Assembly: GCA_963702425.1 (NCBI GenBank)
Contig: CAVPCQ010000039.1
Span: forward strand, 1 to 64,000
Direction: 5' to 3'
Origin: an uncultured Acidobacteriota bacterium
GTDB lineage: Bacteria; Acidobacteriota; Polarisedimenticolia; J045
DNA length: 64,000 nt
Positions 11,537-23,123 of the stretch are shown piece by piece. The translations under genes and the position numbers were made by a program. Position 1 is the first letter of the stretch. Every line of letters starts with the position of its first letter. The notes under the pieces were generated by a model. It was given only the letters and a program-made list of their open reading frames with translations, searched no databases and was not told the origin of the DNA.

Positions 11537-11974
11537 ATGCTGTCGCAGACCGCTGAATATGCCCTGCGCGCGATGCTCTGCCTCGCCGACTGCGCCGGCC
11601 AGCCCCGGACCGTGGCCGAGATCGCCCGGCAGGCGAAGGTCCCGGCCGGGTACCTCGCCAAGGTGATGCAGTCGCTCGTGAAGGCCGGTCTCGTGACCTC
11701 GCAGCGGGGGCTGAGGGGAGGCTTCACGCTTCGGCGCGAACCGGCCGCGGTGACGGTCCTCGAGGTGGTCGACGCGGTCGACCCGCTGCGCCGCATCGAG
11801 CGCTGTCCGCTCGACCGGCCGGAGCACGCCGGGCGGCTGTGCGCACTGCACCGGCGCCTCGACGAGGTGATCGCCGCGCTCCAGGACTCGTTCCGCGAGA
11901 CGACGATCGGCAGCCTGCTGGAGGAGGAGGACGCCGACCGGCGCCCGCTCTGCCTCGGGAAGGCCGGCCCCTAG
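11537..11974 (+). CDS. Rrf2 family transcriptional regulator
   Basis: MLSQTAEYALRA, YLAKVMQSLVKAGLVTSQRGLRGGF, CPL..H...LCALH; GGAGG RBS. Confidence 0.92.
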   Translation: MLSQTAEYALRAMLCLADCAGQPRTVAEIARQAKVPAGYLAKVMQSLVKAGLVTSQRGLRGGFTLRREPAAVTVLEVVDAVDPLRRIERCPLDRPEHAGRLCALHRRLDEVIAALQDSFRETTIGSLLEEEDADRRPLCLGKAGP

Positions 11975-11983
11975 CCTGACGCC

Positions 11984-13000
11984 TCAGGCGTACCGCTCCC
12001 GGATCGTCGGGATCAGGTACTCCCCGAACCCGCGCTCGAGGTCGAACGTCGGTGCGAACCCCCAGTCGGCGCGGGCCGCCGAGTCGTCCACGTCGGCCGG
12101 CCAGCTGTCGATGATCATCTGGCGCTTGACGTCCGGCTTGTAGCTGATCTGCGCGCCGGGGAAGGCCTTCCTCACCATCGCGCCGACCTCGCCGGCCGAC
12201 GGGTTGAAGGCCCCGATGTTGTAGGTCGTCTTGGTCAGCTTTGCGGCGTCGGCGCGGACCAGTCCCAGGATCGCGTCGACCGCGTCCGGCATCGCCATGA
12301 ACGGGATCCGCGCGTCCTCGCGCACGAAGCAGGCGAAGGCCTTGCCCTGCGCCGCGGCGTGGATCATCTCGGGGGCGAAGTCGGAGGTCCCGCCCGAGGG
12401 GACCGTGATCGCCGAGATCAGCCCCGGGAATCGAATCCCGCGGAAGTCCACCCGGTGCGACTGCGGCCCGGCATCGAGCTGCTTGTAGTGCAGGTTGTAG
12501 TAGCGCCCGAGGTGCTCGCAGTAGAGCTTGTTGCAGCCGTACATCGTGATCGGCGTGTTGTAGTCCTCTTCCTTGACCTTGCCGGCCCGGGCCTTGGTCG
12601 CGAGGTCCGGCATCCCGTAGGCGGCGATCGACGAGGGGTAGAAGAAGACCACCTTCGCGCCGTGGCTCATCGACTCGGCCTGCGCGAACTCGAGCAGGTT
12701 GAGCGTCCCCTCGACGTTGACCTGGTGCGCGGTGACCGGCACCAGCTCGCTGCGCGTGGAGAGCAGCGCGGCGAGGTGGAAGATCGTGTCGACCTCGAAC
12801 TCGGCCAGGATCTGGTCGAGCAGGTTCTTGTCGAGGATCGAGCCGAGGAAGGCGCGCGTGACCTTCTTCTGCTGCTCGTCGCCGAGCGGCTTGGTGTCGA
12901 GCGTGACGATCGAGGCCCGGCCTTCGCGGGCCAGGTCGTCGATCAGGGCGTGACCGATCTCGCCGGCGGCGCCGGTGATCAGGGCGACGGGCTTGCGCAC
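11984..13000 (-). CDS. NAD-dependent epimerase/dehydratase family SDR, L-threonine 3-dehydrogenase-like
   Basis: ITGAAGEIG, HLAALLS, PSSIAAYG, YGCNK (YxxxK), RFPGLIS..GGTSD, IIDSWP; GTG start after AGGAG. Confidence 0.85.
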   Translation of the reverse strand: MRKPVALITGAAGEIGHALIDDLAREGRASIVTLDTKPLGDEQQKKVTRAFLGSILDKNLLDQILAEFEVDTIFHLAALLSTRSELVPVTAHQVNVEGTLNLLEFAQAESMSHGAKVVFFYPSSIAAYGMPDLATKARAGKVKEEDYNTPITMYGCNKLYCEHLGRYYNLHYKQLDAGPQSHRVDFRGIRFPGLISAITVPSGGTSDFAPEMIHAAAQGKAFACFVREDARIPFMAMPDAVDAILGLVRADAAKLTKTTYNIGAFNPSAGEVGAMVRKAFPGAQISYKPDVKRQMIIDSWPADVDDSAARADWGFAPTFDLERGFGEYLIPTIRERYA

Positions 13001-13150
13001 GGGGGTTGCTCCTGCGGAGGGGGGGCGCGTAGGTTCGCGGGGCGGGGGGCTGGGTGTCAAGGGCAGGTTGCGTGGGGGGACCGGCGCGGCGCAGGATCGC
13101 CGGGTCGTCACCGGGAGCCCGCCTTCGAGGCGTCCCGGCGGGAGGGTTCG

Positions 13151-13555
13151 ATGCGGCTCGTTCTCGTGCTCGTCGCTGCCGTGCTGCTGGTCGGGTGCAT
13201 CGCCGTCGACACCACCCGCGAGGTGCACACGAGTCCGCCGCCCCCGACGCCACCGATCCTCAACTCGCCCGAAGCGGCCGGGACGGTGACGGTGTTCGAG
13301 ACCTCGCCGGTCGGCAACGCGACCCTGGTCGCCTTCGGCTACGAGAACTCGACCGCGCTGACGCTCGGGCGGGTGACGGTCCGCTGCCGGGGCTTCGACA
13401 AGGACGGCTTCCAGGTCGCCGTCCAGGACGTGACGATCTACGGAGGGGAGGAGGGCCCGATGGTTCCCGGCTTCAAGATCCGGAAGCAGCTGGACCTCGT
13501 GTCCTCGGCGATTGCGAGCGTGACCTGCGGCGTCTACCGGGCCGAGGCGCCATAG
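13151..13555 (+). CDS. Putative lipoprotein (small beta-rich domain)
   Basis: Lipobox LLVGC after a hydrophobic signal; GGAGG RBS. Confidence 0.7.
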   Translation: MRLVLVLVAAVLLVGCIAVDTTREVHTSPPPPTPPILNSPEAAGTVTVFETSPVGNATLVAFGYENSTALTLGRVTVRCRGFDKDGFQVAVQDVTIYGGEEGPMVPGFKIRKQLDLVSSAIASVTCGVYRAEAP

Positions 13556-13655
13556 CGGGGCCCGGGGCCGGTCAGTCGACCTCCTCGACGGGAGCCTTAC
13601 CGTCCGGCAGAATCGCTAAGTCAGCCGACCGAGCGCCCGGGAGGGCCCCCCTTCG

Positions 13656-16442
13656 ATGAACCCGTACTGGACCGACCCGGCGCAGCGCGTCGCGGCGCTC
13701 GACCGCCTGCTGCCGCTGGTCGAGAAGCCGACGCGCTACCTCGGCGGGGAGTGGAACTCCGTCACCAAGCCGCCGGCCGAGGTCGAGACCTCGGTCGTGC
13801 TCGCGTTCCCCGACCTCTACGAGATCGGGATGTCGCACCTCGGCTTCCGGATCCTCTACGCGCTGCTCAATGGCACCCCGGGGGTGGCCGCGGAGCGCTG
13901 CTTCATGCCCTGGACCGACATGCTCGAGCGGTTGCGCGGCGAGGACCTGCCGCTGACGACGCTCGAGTCGCGCCGGCCGCTGCGCGACTTCGATCTCGTC
14001 GGCTTTTCGATGCAGTACGAGCTGACGATGACCAACGTCCTGGCGATGCTCGAGCGCGGCGGGATCCCGCTGCTGGCCGAAGAGCGCCGGGACGGCGATC
14101 CGCTGGTCCTCGGCGGCGGCCCCGTGATCTTCAACCCCGAGCCGTTCGCCCCGTTCTTCGACCTGATCCTGGCCGGCGACGCCGAGGAGGCGCTGCCGGA
14201 GGCGATCGCGCTGCGTGCGCGGCTGACGCGAGAAGAAGTCCCGCGGGCGGAGATCATCGCGGCGATCGCCCGCGAGATCCCGGGCTGGTACGCCCCCGCG
14301 CTCTACGACGCCCTCCCCGAGCCGCTGCTCGGGATGCTGATCCCGCGGCCGAAGCCGGGGAGCGGCGCGCCGGAGCGCGTCAAACGCCGCGTCGTCTACG
14401 ACCTCGACCGCTGGCCGTTCCCCGAGGCGATCGTCGTTCCGCACGCCGAGATCGTCCACGACCGGGTGTCGTGGGAGATCATGCGCGGCTGCCCGGTCGG
14501 CTGCCGTTTCTGCCAGGCCGGCTACGTCTACCGCCCGACCCGCGAGCGTGATCCTCAGAAGATCAAGGACGGCGTCGAGCGCTCGGTCGCCTCGACCGGC
14601 TACGACGAGTTCTCGCTGACCTCGCTCAACACCGGCGAGTACGGCGCGATCGAGCCGCTGCTGACGACGCTGATGGACGAGATGGAGCCGCGGAAGATCT
14701 CGGTCGGGCTGTCGTCGCTGCACGCGACGACGATGACCGAGTCGCTCGCGGCGCAGGTCAAGCGGGTGCGCAAGACCGGCTTCACGATCGCCCCCGAGGC
14801 CGGCTCGCAGCGGCTGCGCAACGTGATCAACAAGAACCTCACGGAAGAGGACATCCTGAAGGCGACCGGCCTCGCCTTCGAGGCCGGCTGGCAGCTGATG
14901 AAGCTCTATTTCATGATCGGCCTGCCGACCGAGACCGATGACGACGTCGACGCGCTGGTCGCGCTGGCGGGCGCGATCGCGCGGCAGGGAAGGGGGATCG
15001 GCGGCAAGCGGGTGAGGGTCACGCTTTCGGCCTCGACTTTCGTCCCCAAGCCGTTCACGCCGTTCCAGTGGTTCGGGATGGACGGCGTCGAGGCCTTCCG
15101 CGCCAAGCAGTCGCGGATCCGCCGCCAGGCCCCGAAGGGGGTCGAGTTCAAGCACCACGACCACGCCTCGAGCTGGCTCGAGGGGGTGCTCTCGCGCGCC
15201 GACCGCAGCCTGGCCCCCGCGATCCTCGAGGCCTTCCGGCGCGGCGCGGTGCTCGACAGCTGGAGCGAGGGGCTCGACGTCGAGCGCTGGCGCGGCGTCT
15301 TCGCCGACCTCGGGATCGACGCCGAGGCCTGGGCCACGCGGCCGATCCCGCTCGAGGCCGAGCTGCCGTGGGAAGTGATCGACCCGCTGGTGCGCCGCCG
15401 CTGGCTCGAGGCCGAGTACCGCAAGAGCCTCGAGGCCGCGACGATGGCGACCTGCGCCGACGCCTGCAGCGGCTGCGCGCCGTTCTCGAAGGAGTGCGTG
15501 CGCGGCGAGGTTGCCGAGCGGCGCTGGGAGGACCTCGATGTCCGGTCCACCGTGAGGATTCCGGCGTTTCCGGTCGAGCGTGCGCCCGCGGGGCGGGACG
15601 GCACGCCGCGCGGCGCGGACCCGGGCGAGCAACCGGTCGTTGCCTGCCCGGCCGCCACGGCCGCGATCGAATCGGTCGCCGGCGCGGCGGCGCCGGATGG
15701 CCCGGCCGGGCCGAGCGCCGAGCCGTCGCCGCTCCCGGAGCCCCCGCTCTACCGCTGGCGGGCCCGCTTCGAGAAGACCGGCCGCAGCCGTTTCCTCGGT
15801 CACCTCGACCTGGTGCGCGCGCTGACCATGGCGCTGCGCCGCGCCGGGGTGCAGGTCGCCTACTCGCAGGGGTTCAAGCCGCACCCGCGCGTCGCGCTCT
15901 CGCCCGCGCTCTCACTGGGGGTCAGCTCGCGCGGCGAGTACATCGATTTCGACACCCACACCCCGCTCGACGGCGAGACCTTCGTCACCCGGATCAATGC
16001 CGCCCTGTCCGAGGGGATCCGCTTCTCCGCGATCGTCCCGGCCGACCTCGCCGCGCCGTCGCTGCAGGAGGCGATCACGCGCGCGACCTACCAGGCGATC
16101 GTTCCGGGCGCGACGCGCGAGGAACTGGCCGCCGGTACGGCGGCGTTCCTGGCGCGGACCGAGGTCGAGGTCGTCCGCGCGCGCAAGGGGAAGCCGGACA
16201 AGCTGCTCGACATCCGCCCGATGGTGGAGGACCTCCGTGTCGACGACGCGGGGCACCTGCTCTTCACGCTCGTACTCGCCCCGAACGGCTCGCCGCGCCT
16301 CCCGGAGGTGCTGGCCGCAGTCGCCGGTCCCGGTCGCGACGCGGGGGCGGAGATCGAGCGGGTGGGGCTCTACGCGCGCGAGGCCGGGAAGCTGCTCTCC
16401 CCGCTCGTGGTCGGCCGCCGTCCCCGGGCTACAATGGCCTGA
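13656..16442 (+). CDS. TIGR03960-type radical SAM protein fused to a DUF2344 (TIGR03936) domain
   Basis: LAFPDLYEIGMSHLG, RGCPVGCRFCQAG (CxxxCxxC), TIAPEAGSQRLR; C-terminal RFLGHLD..YSQGFKPHPR..ALSLG. Confidence 0.92.
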   Translation: MNPYWTDPAQRVAALDRLLPLVEKPTRYLGGEWNSVTKPPAEVETSVVLAFPDLYEIGMSHLGFRILYALLNGTPGVAAERCFMPWTDMLERLRGEDLPLTTLESRRPLRDFDLVGFSMQYELTMTNVLAMLERGGIPLLAEERRDGDPLVLGGGPVIFNPEPFAPFFDLILAGDAEEALPEAIALRARLTREEVPRAEIIAAIAREIPGWYAPALYDALPEPLLGMLIPRPKPGSGAPERVKRRVVYDLDRWPFPEAIVVPHAEIVHDRVSWEIMRGCPVGCRFCQAGYVYRPTRERDPQKIKDGVERSVASTGYDEFSLTSLNTGEYGAIEPLLTTLMDEMEPRKISVGLSSLHATTMTESLAAQVKRVRKTGFTIAPEAGSQRLRNVINKNLTEEDILKATGLAFEAGWQLMKLYFMIGLPTETDDDVDALVALAGAIARQGRGIGGKRVRVTLSASTFVPKPFTPFQWFGMDGVEAFRAKQSRIRRQAPKGVEFKHHDHASSWLEGVLSRADRSLAPAILEAFRRGAVLDSWSEGLDVERWRGVFADLGIDAEAWATRPIPLEAELPWEVIDPLVRRRWLEAEYRKSLEAATMATCADACSGCAPFSKECVRGEVAERRWEDLDVRSTVRIPAFPVERAPAGRDGTPRGADPGEQPVVACPAATAAIESVAGAAAPDGPAGPSAEPSPLPEPPLYRWRARFEKTGRSRFLGHLDLVRALTMALRRAGVQVAYSQGFKPHPRVALSPALSLGVSSRGEYIDFDTHTPLDGETFVTRINAALSEGIRFSAIVPADLAAPSLQEAITRATYQAIVPGATREELAAGTAAFLARTEVEVVRARKGKPDKLLDIRPMVEDLRVDDAGHLLFTLVLAPNGSPRLPEVLAAVAGPGRDAGAEIERVGLYAREAGKLLSPLVVGRRPRATMA

Positions 16443-16465
16443 CCCCACCCGGGTCGGGGGCCGCG

Positions 16466-17890
16466 GTGAATCAGTCGACAGAGCGGCGGGTCGTGCTGGC
16501 GCGCGATCTCGGCGAGTTGTGGCTCGCGCTCGTCGAGGGCGACCGCGTGGCCGAGCTGCGCATCCGCCCCGAGGCGCAGGGGCGCTGGCTGGGCACGATC
16601 GCGAAGGGGCGCGTGACCCGGGTCGCCCCCGGCGTGCGCGCGGTCTTCGTCGATGTCGGTCTCGGCCGCGATGTCTTCACGATCCGTCCCGAATCGGCGG
16701 CGACGCCCGACGGACGGCCGCTGGCGGTCGGCGACGAGGTCGTGGTCCAGATCGTGCGGGAGGCCGACGGCGGCAAGGGCCACCGCGCGACCCCCTCGGT
16801 CACGCTCCCGGGCTGGTCGCTCGTCCTCTCGCCGCGCTCGCCGCGCAGCGGCGTCAGCCAGCGGATCGTCGATGCGGCGGAGCGCCAGCGGCTGCGGGGC
16901 ATCCTCGACGAACTCGCGCCTCCCGGCTTCGGACTGATCGCCCGCACCGCCGCGGCCGGGGCCGATCCCGACGACCTCGCGGCGGAGCTGGAGCTGCTGC
17001 TGGCGCAGTGGGCGACGATCGCCGAGCGTGCGCGCGAGCTGCGCGCCCCCGCGATCGTGCACCGCGAACAGGACCCGGCGCTCGCCTTCCTGCGCGACCA
17101 CCTCGCGCACGGGCTGTCCGAGATCGTCGTGGGAGAGGTCGATCTGGGCTGGCTCGAGCCGGCGATCGCCGGGATCGGCGGCGAGCACGTGCCGCGGCTC
17201 AGGCGCCACGACGGGCCCCTGCCGCTGGTCGAGGCCTACCGGCTCGATCGGGCGCTGGAGGAGGTCCTCGCGCCGGGGGCGCCCCTGCCCGGCGGCGGGC
17301 GGCTGGTGATCCAGAGCACCGAGGCCCTGGTCGCGATCGACGTCAACTCCGGGCGCGACGTGCAGGCCCCGGACCTCGAGGAGACGGCCTACCGGACCAA
17401 CCTCGCCGCCGCGACCGAGGTCGCACGGCAGATCCGCCTGCGCGACCTCGCGGGTCTGATCGTGATCGACTTCATCGACATGGAGGATCCGGCCCACCGC
17501 GCCGAGGTCGATGCCGCCCTGGCGGGCGCGCTGGCCACCGACATCCACAAGCTGCGCGTGATCCCGCTGTCGGATTTCTGCGTCGCGCAGATCACCCGCC
17601 AGCGGCGCCGGCCGACGCTCGAGCGGCTGCTCGGCCGCGGCTGCGCGGTCTGCGGGAAGGGGACGGTGCTGCGCCCCGAGGCCGAGGCCCGGCGGCTGCT
17701 GCGCCAGCTTCGGATCGTCGCCCGGCCCCATCCGGTGGCGCGCCTCAGGGTTTCGGCGCCGGGCCCCGTGCTGGAGGCGGCGCGCCAGATCGCGGAGGAG
17801 TTCGGTCCGCGCTCCGGTCTCCCGCCGCTCGAGCGGGTGACGTGGTCCGAGGGCCCGGCCCAGGTGGATGCCTTCTCCGTCCGCGGGTAA
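16466..17890 (+). CDS. Ribonuclease E/G family
   Basis: S1 region AVFVDVG, TEALVAIDVNSG, TNLAAA.EVARQIRLRDLAGLIVIDFIDM, CAVCGKG. Confidence 0.9.
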   Translation: MNQSTERRVVLARDLGELWLALVEGDRVAELRIRPEAQGRWLGTIAKGRVTRVAPGVRAVFVDVGLGRDVFTIRPESAATPDGRPLAVGDEVVVQIVREADGGKGHRATPSVTLPGWSLVLSPRSPRSGVSQRIVDAAERQRLRGILDELAPPGFGLIARTAAAGADPDDLAAELELLLAQWATIAERARELRAPAIVHREQDPALAFLRDHLAHGLSEIVVGEVDLGWLEPAIAGIGGEHVPRLRRHDGPLPLVEAYRLDRALEEVLAPGAPLPGGGRLVIQSTEALVAIDVNSGRDVQAPDLEETAYRTNLAAATEVARQIRLRDLAGLIVIDFIDMEDPAHRAEVDAALAGALATDIHKLRVIPLSDFCVAQITRQRRRPTLERLLGRGCAVCGKGTVLRPEAEARRLLRQLRIVARPHPVARLRVSAPGPVLEAARQIAEEFGPRSGLPPLERVTWSEGPAQVDAFSVRG

Positions 17891-17906
17891 CCTGCAGGAC
17901 GACGCC

Positions 17907-18431
17907 ATGCCGATCTACGAGTTCTACTGCGAGACCTGCCACCGGCTGTTCCGCTTCCTCTCCCGCACGATCGAGGTGGAACGGCGCCCGGCCTGCCCGC
18001 GCTGCGGCCGGGCGCCGCTGGAGCGCCGCCCGTCGACCTTCGCGGTCTCGCGCGGGCGCCGCGAGCCGGAGGATGGCGGGCCGCCCGCCGCCGGCGACGC
18101 GCGGCTCGAGGCCGCCCTGGCGTCGCTCGCCAGCGAGGCCGAGCGCCTTCCCGAGGACGATCCGCGCGCGGCGGCCCGCATGATGCGCCGGCTCTTCGAG
18201 ACCGCGGGCCTGCCGGTCGGCGAAGGCATGGAAGAGGCCCTGGCCCGGATGGAGTCCGGCGAGGATCCCGAGGAGGTCGAGGAGCAGCTCGGCGACGCGC
18301 TCGACGACCTCGGCGACGGAGCAGAGGGAGAGGGGGGCGCCGGCGGCGCTCCGGGCGGCTCCCGGCCGCTGGCGCGCCTCCGGCGCCGGATGCTGCCACC
18401 GGCGGTCGACGACCGGCTCTACGAGATGTAG
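17907..18431 (+). CDS. FmdB-family zinc-ribbon protein with acidic C-terminal extension
   Basis: MPIYEFYCETC...CPRCG; DDPRAAARMMR..MESGEDPE. Confidence 0.85.
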   Translation: MPIYEFYCETCHRLFRFLSRTIEVERRPACPRCGRAPLERRPSTFAVSRGRREPEDGGPPAAGDARLEAALASLASEAERLPEDDPRAAARMMRRLFETAGLPVGEGMEEALARMESGEDPEEVEEQLGDALDDLGDGAEGEGGAGGAPGGSRPLARLRRRMLPPAVDDRLYEM

Positions 18432-18465
18432 CGGCGCGCGGCGCGCCACGCGCTTCCCTCGCGCG

Positions 18466-19047
18466 CTACGGTGTTTCAGGGCACGAGCGGATCAGGACCC
18501 GGCAGTCGCGGCAAAACGACGGCTCCTCGATGTCGATCTCGCCGATGTCGTGCGCGCTCGCCATGACGCAGGCGCGGTCGTGGCAGTGCGTCAGGCCCAG
18601 GACGTGGCCCAGCTCGTGGAGCACTTCCTTCTCGGCCCGCTCGAGCGTCACGCCGGGGTCCTCCGGGAACCCGCCGAAGCGCGGGTCGAGGCGGTGCACC
18701 GACATCACCGCCGCGCGCCCCGACAGCTCGGCGCAGCCGAAGACGAAGGTCAGCACCGGCAGGAAGAGATCGACACCCGTCAGCCCCAGGACGACCTCGT
18801 GCTCGCGGCGCGCGAGCGCCTTGATGTCGGCCAGCAGCCGGTCGGCGCGGTACTGCTGGCGGCGCGGGTCGAGGAACGGATCGGGCAGCACGGTCTGCGC
18901 CGAGATGTACGGCGCGAACCCCAGGACCTCCCGGGCCACGGCCGCAGCGCGCTCCATCACGTCGGGCGGCACGGTCCCGATCGCCACCACGCGCAGCGGC
19001 TGGAGGCACGGCCCGCGGACCAGCCGCGGGGCCTCCGGCGCCGTCAC
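18466..19047 (-). CDS. Archaemetzincin-family Zn metalloprotease
   Basis: RRQQY, LTFVFG.A, HELGHVLGLTHC..ACVM, FCRDC; GTGA overlap with the upstream gene stop. Confidence 0.9.
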   Translation of the reverse strand: MTAPEAPRLVRGPCLQPLRVVAIGTVPPDVMERAAAVAREVLGFAPYISAQTVLPDPFLDPRRQQYRADRLLADIKALARREHEVVLGLTGVDLFLPVLTFVFGCAELSGRAAVMSVHRLDPRFGGFPEDPGVTLERAEKEVLHELGHVLGLTHCHDRACVMASAHDIGEIDIEEPSFCRDCRVLIRSCPETP

Positions 19048-20032
19048 GGTCCGACGCGCGCGCCTGCGCGCCCTCCCGCCGCGCGCGCCGGCAGGGAGAT
19101 CACGAGCCGGCTTCCGCCCTCCGGCCGGCGCTCGAGGGCCAGCGTGCCCCCGTGCCGCTCCGCGACCGCCCGCGCGATCGGCAGCCCGAGGCCGATCCCG
19201 TCGCCCGCGGCGCGCGTCGAGAAGAGGGGGTCGAACAGCCGCCCGGCGAGCGCCTCGGGGACGCCGGGACCGTCGTCCTCGATCGTGACCGACGCGCGTC
19301 CCTCCGCAGCCTCGCCGGTGATCACGCGCACCGTCCGTCCGCCCTTGGCGGCAGCGGCCACCGCGTTCTCGATCAGCGCTTCGAAGGCTCCGGTGAGCGC
19401 GGCCGCATCGACACGAACGATCGCACCGCGCGACGGGGCGACGAACGCGAGCTCCACCGACTCCGCGGCAGCCCGCGCGCGGCACGCGTCGCAGGCCCAG
19501 CGCGCCAGCTCCTCGAGCGGTGCGTCGCCCCGGTCGACCGCGCCCTCGGGAGCGAGCGCGCGCAGCGCCGCGATCAGCCGTTCGGCGCGGTGCAGCGCCC
19601 GCCGCAGGTCGGCGAGCGCCGCGAGGGTGGTTTCGGCGTTCCCCTGCACCAGCGCGCGCTCGGCGCGGGCACGCGCCGTCTCGGCCGCCTCGAGCGGGCC
19701 GCCGAAGCGGCCGGCGACGGCCGAGGCGATCCGCCGCACCGCGTCGGTTTCGCCCTGCGCGTGGGCCTCGTCGACCAGCATCGACGCGTCCTCACGCGCG
19801 CGGCGCCACTCTTCGACGGCGTGGGCGAGTGCCGCGGCGACGGGCTCGGCCAGCAGGGGATCGACCGGCGGCTGCGCCCCCCCCGACGATCCGAGCTGCT
19901 CGATCGCGCGTGCGGTCGCCTCGTCGGCGCGTGCCCTGCGCCGCGCAGCCAGCAGCAGCCCGAGCACGAAGGCCGCGGCTGCGACCGCCAGCGCCAGCGC
20001 GATCGTCGCCGGCGGCAGCGCGGGGAAGGGGT

Positions 20033-20036
<4 letters not shown>
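19044..20036 (-). CDS. Histidine kinase-like ATPase with a degenerate H-box (no phospho-His)
   Basis: N-terminal TM; H-box position reads IASAVAGRFGGPL; N box LIENAV, G1 DDGPG, F box LFDPLFST, G2 GIGLGL. Confidence 0.8.
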
Positions 20037-21401
<1,365 letters not shown>

Positions 21402-21409
<8 letters not shown>

Positions 21410-23078
21410 CGTTCTCACCTCCGGGAGGCATTCCGGTCGCGGCGGCGCCCGGGGTCTCCGCGTGGCTGTCGTCCGCTTCCGACAGGGCCTCGCCGTCGGG
21501 CGGCACCGCGGGGAGCTGGATCACGACGCGGGTTCCCTGCGCGGGCGCGGAGTTGACGTCGAGCCGGCCGCCGTGCCGCGCCACGATGCCGTAGACGACC
21601 GACAGCCCGAGCCCGACCCCCTGTCCGTCGGCCTTGGTGGTGAAGAACGGCTCGAAGATCTGCGGCAGGTCCTCGGGCGCGATCCCGATGCCGCTGTCCT
21701 TGATCTCGATCTCGACGCCGCCGTCGCCGCACGCGCGGGTCGAAACCTCCAGCGTTCCGCCCTGCGGCATGGCCTCGACGGCGTTGATCAGGACCGCCAT
21801 CAGCGCCTGCTGGATCTGGCCGGTGTCGCCCGTGACCTGGGGGCCCTTTGGATCGAGGGCCTCGACCAGGTCGACCTCGGCCAGGTCGAGCTTGTGGGCC
21901 AGCAGCCGCAGGGTGCGTGAAACGACCTCGTTGACGGCGACGGGCTCGCGGCTGGCACGGCGGTGGCGCGAGAACGCGAGGAGGTCCTGGACGATCTTCC
22001 CGCAGCGGCCGACTTCCTGGTCGACCATCTCCAGCCAGGAGGCGAGTTCCTTCTGCTGACCTTCCGTGAGCTGGCCGCGCGCCAGCGCCTTGCGCGAGCG
22101 CCGGATCATGACCAGGATCCCCGCCAGCGGGTTGTTCAGTTCGTGCGCGACGACCGCCGCGAGCCGGCCGAGGCCGGCGAGGCGTTCGCTGTGGATCACC
22201 TGGTCCTGGGTCTGGCGCAGCTCGCGCGTCCGCTCGTCGACCCGGTCGCGCAGCGTGCGGGCCCAGTTCTGCAACTCGCGGTGCGCCTCCTCGAGGTCCG
22301 ACGCCATCCGGTTGAAGGCCACCGACACCTCGGCGAACTCGTCCTGCGGGCCGGCGGACACGCGCGCGGCGTAGTCCCCCTTGCCCAGCCTCCCGATCGC
22401 GCCGAAGAGCGGCCGCAGCCGGCGGCGCAGCAGGTAGGCGTGCGTGGCGACGATCGTGCCGGCGAGCAGCAGCATGCTGATCGCCGCTCCCAGAAAGGCC
22501 CGGCGGGTCGCCGCCTCGATCCGCTCGTCGGCGCCGGCGAGCGAGAGCTCGGTGACCAGGACACCCAGGATCTTCTGGTCGGGCCGGTGGACGTGGCACG
22601 AGCCCGCGCAGGCGGCTTCGTTGGGGATCGGCTCGATCATCCCGAGCACCCGGGTTCCATCCGCGCGCCGTGAGACGTGGATCCGCTGCTCACGCGGGAG
22701 GTTCGCCGTCGGCGGTCCGGGGATGTGGCAGGGGGCACAGGAGGGGTGGTCGAGAGCCAGCTTCTGGTTGACCTCCGACGGATCGGACGAGCTGACGATC
22801 GTCCCGTCCTTCCGCAGCAGGCGGATCCGCTCGACGCCGGGCTGCTCGTCGATGTCCTGCAGGATCGCGTAGACGTCCTGCCAGCGGTTCTCGAGCATCC
22901 CCGCGCGCGTGGCTCGCCGGATCACCTCGGTCACGTTCGAGGCGTCCTCGACCGCGGCCTGCAGGAAGCCCTGGCGGGTCGCGTGGCGCAGGTCGAAAAG
23001 GACGAACGCCGCCCCGCCGACGCCGAGGAGGGCCGCGGCGACGGCGAGGCGGACGGACAGGGACGCACTCAAACGCAT
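21402..23078 (-). CDS. Sensor histidine kinase (2 TM, HAMP, HisKA, HATPase) with periplasmic heme-c-like motifs
   Basis: CAPCH and CAGSCH between the TMs; LAAVVAHELNNPL; INAVEAM; DSGIG; FEPFFTTK; GLGL. Confidence 0.93.
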
Positions 23079-23123
23079 GTCAGGTGTCCCTCTCGCGCGA
23101 GCGGGGGGCACCGGGTGGGGGTG

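Noticed and set aside
13656-17890. Radical SAM-DUF2344 plus RNase E/G as a novel system
   Set aside because: This is a well-known conserved neighbourhood
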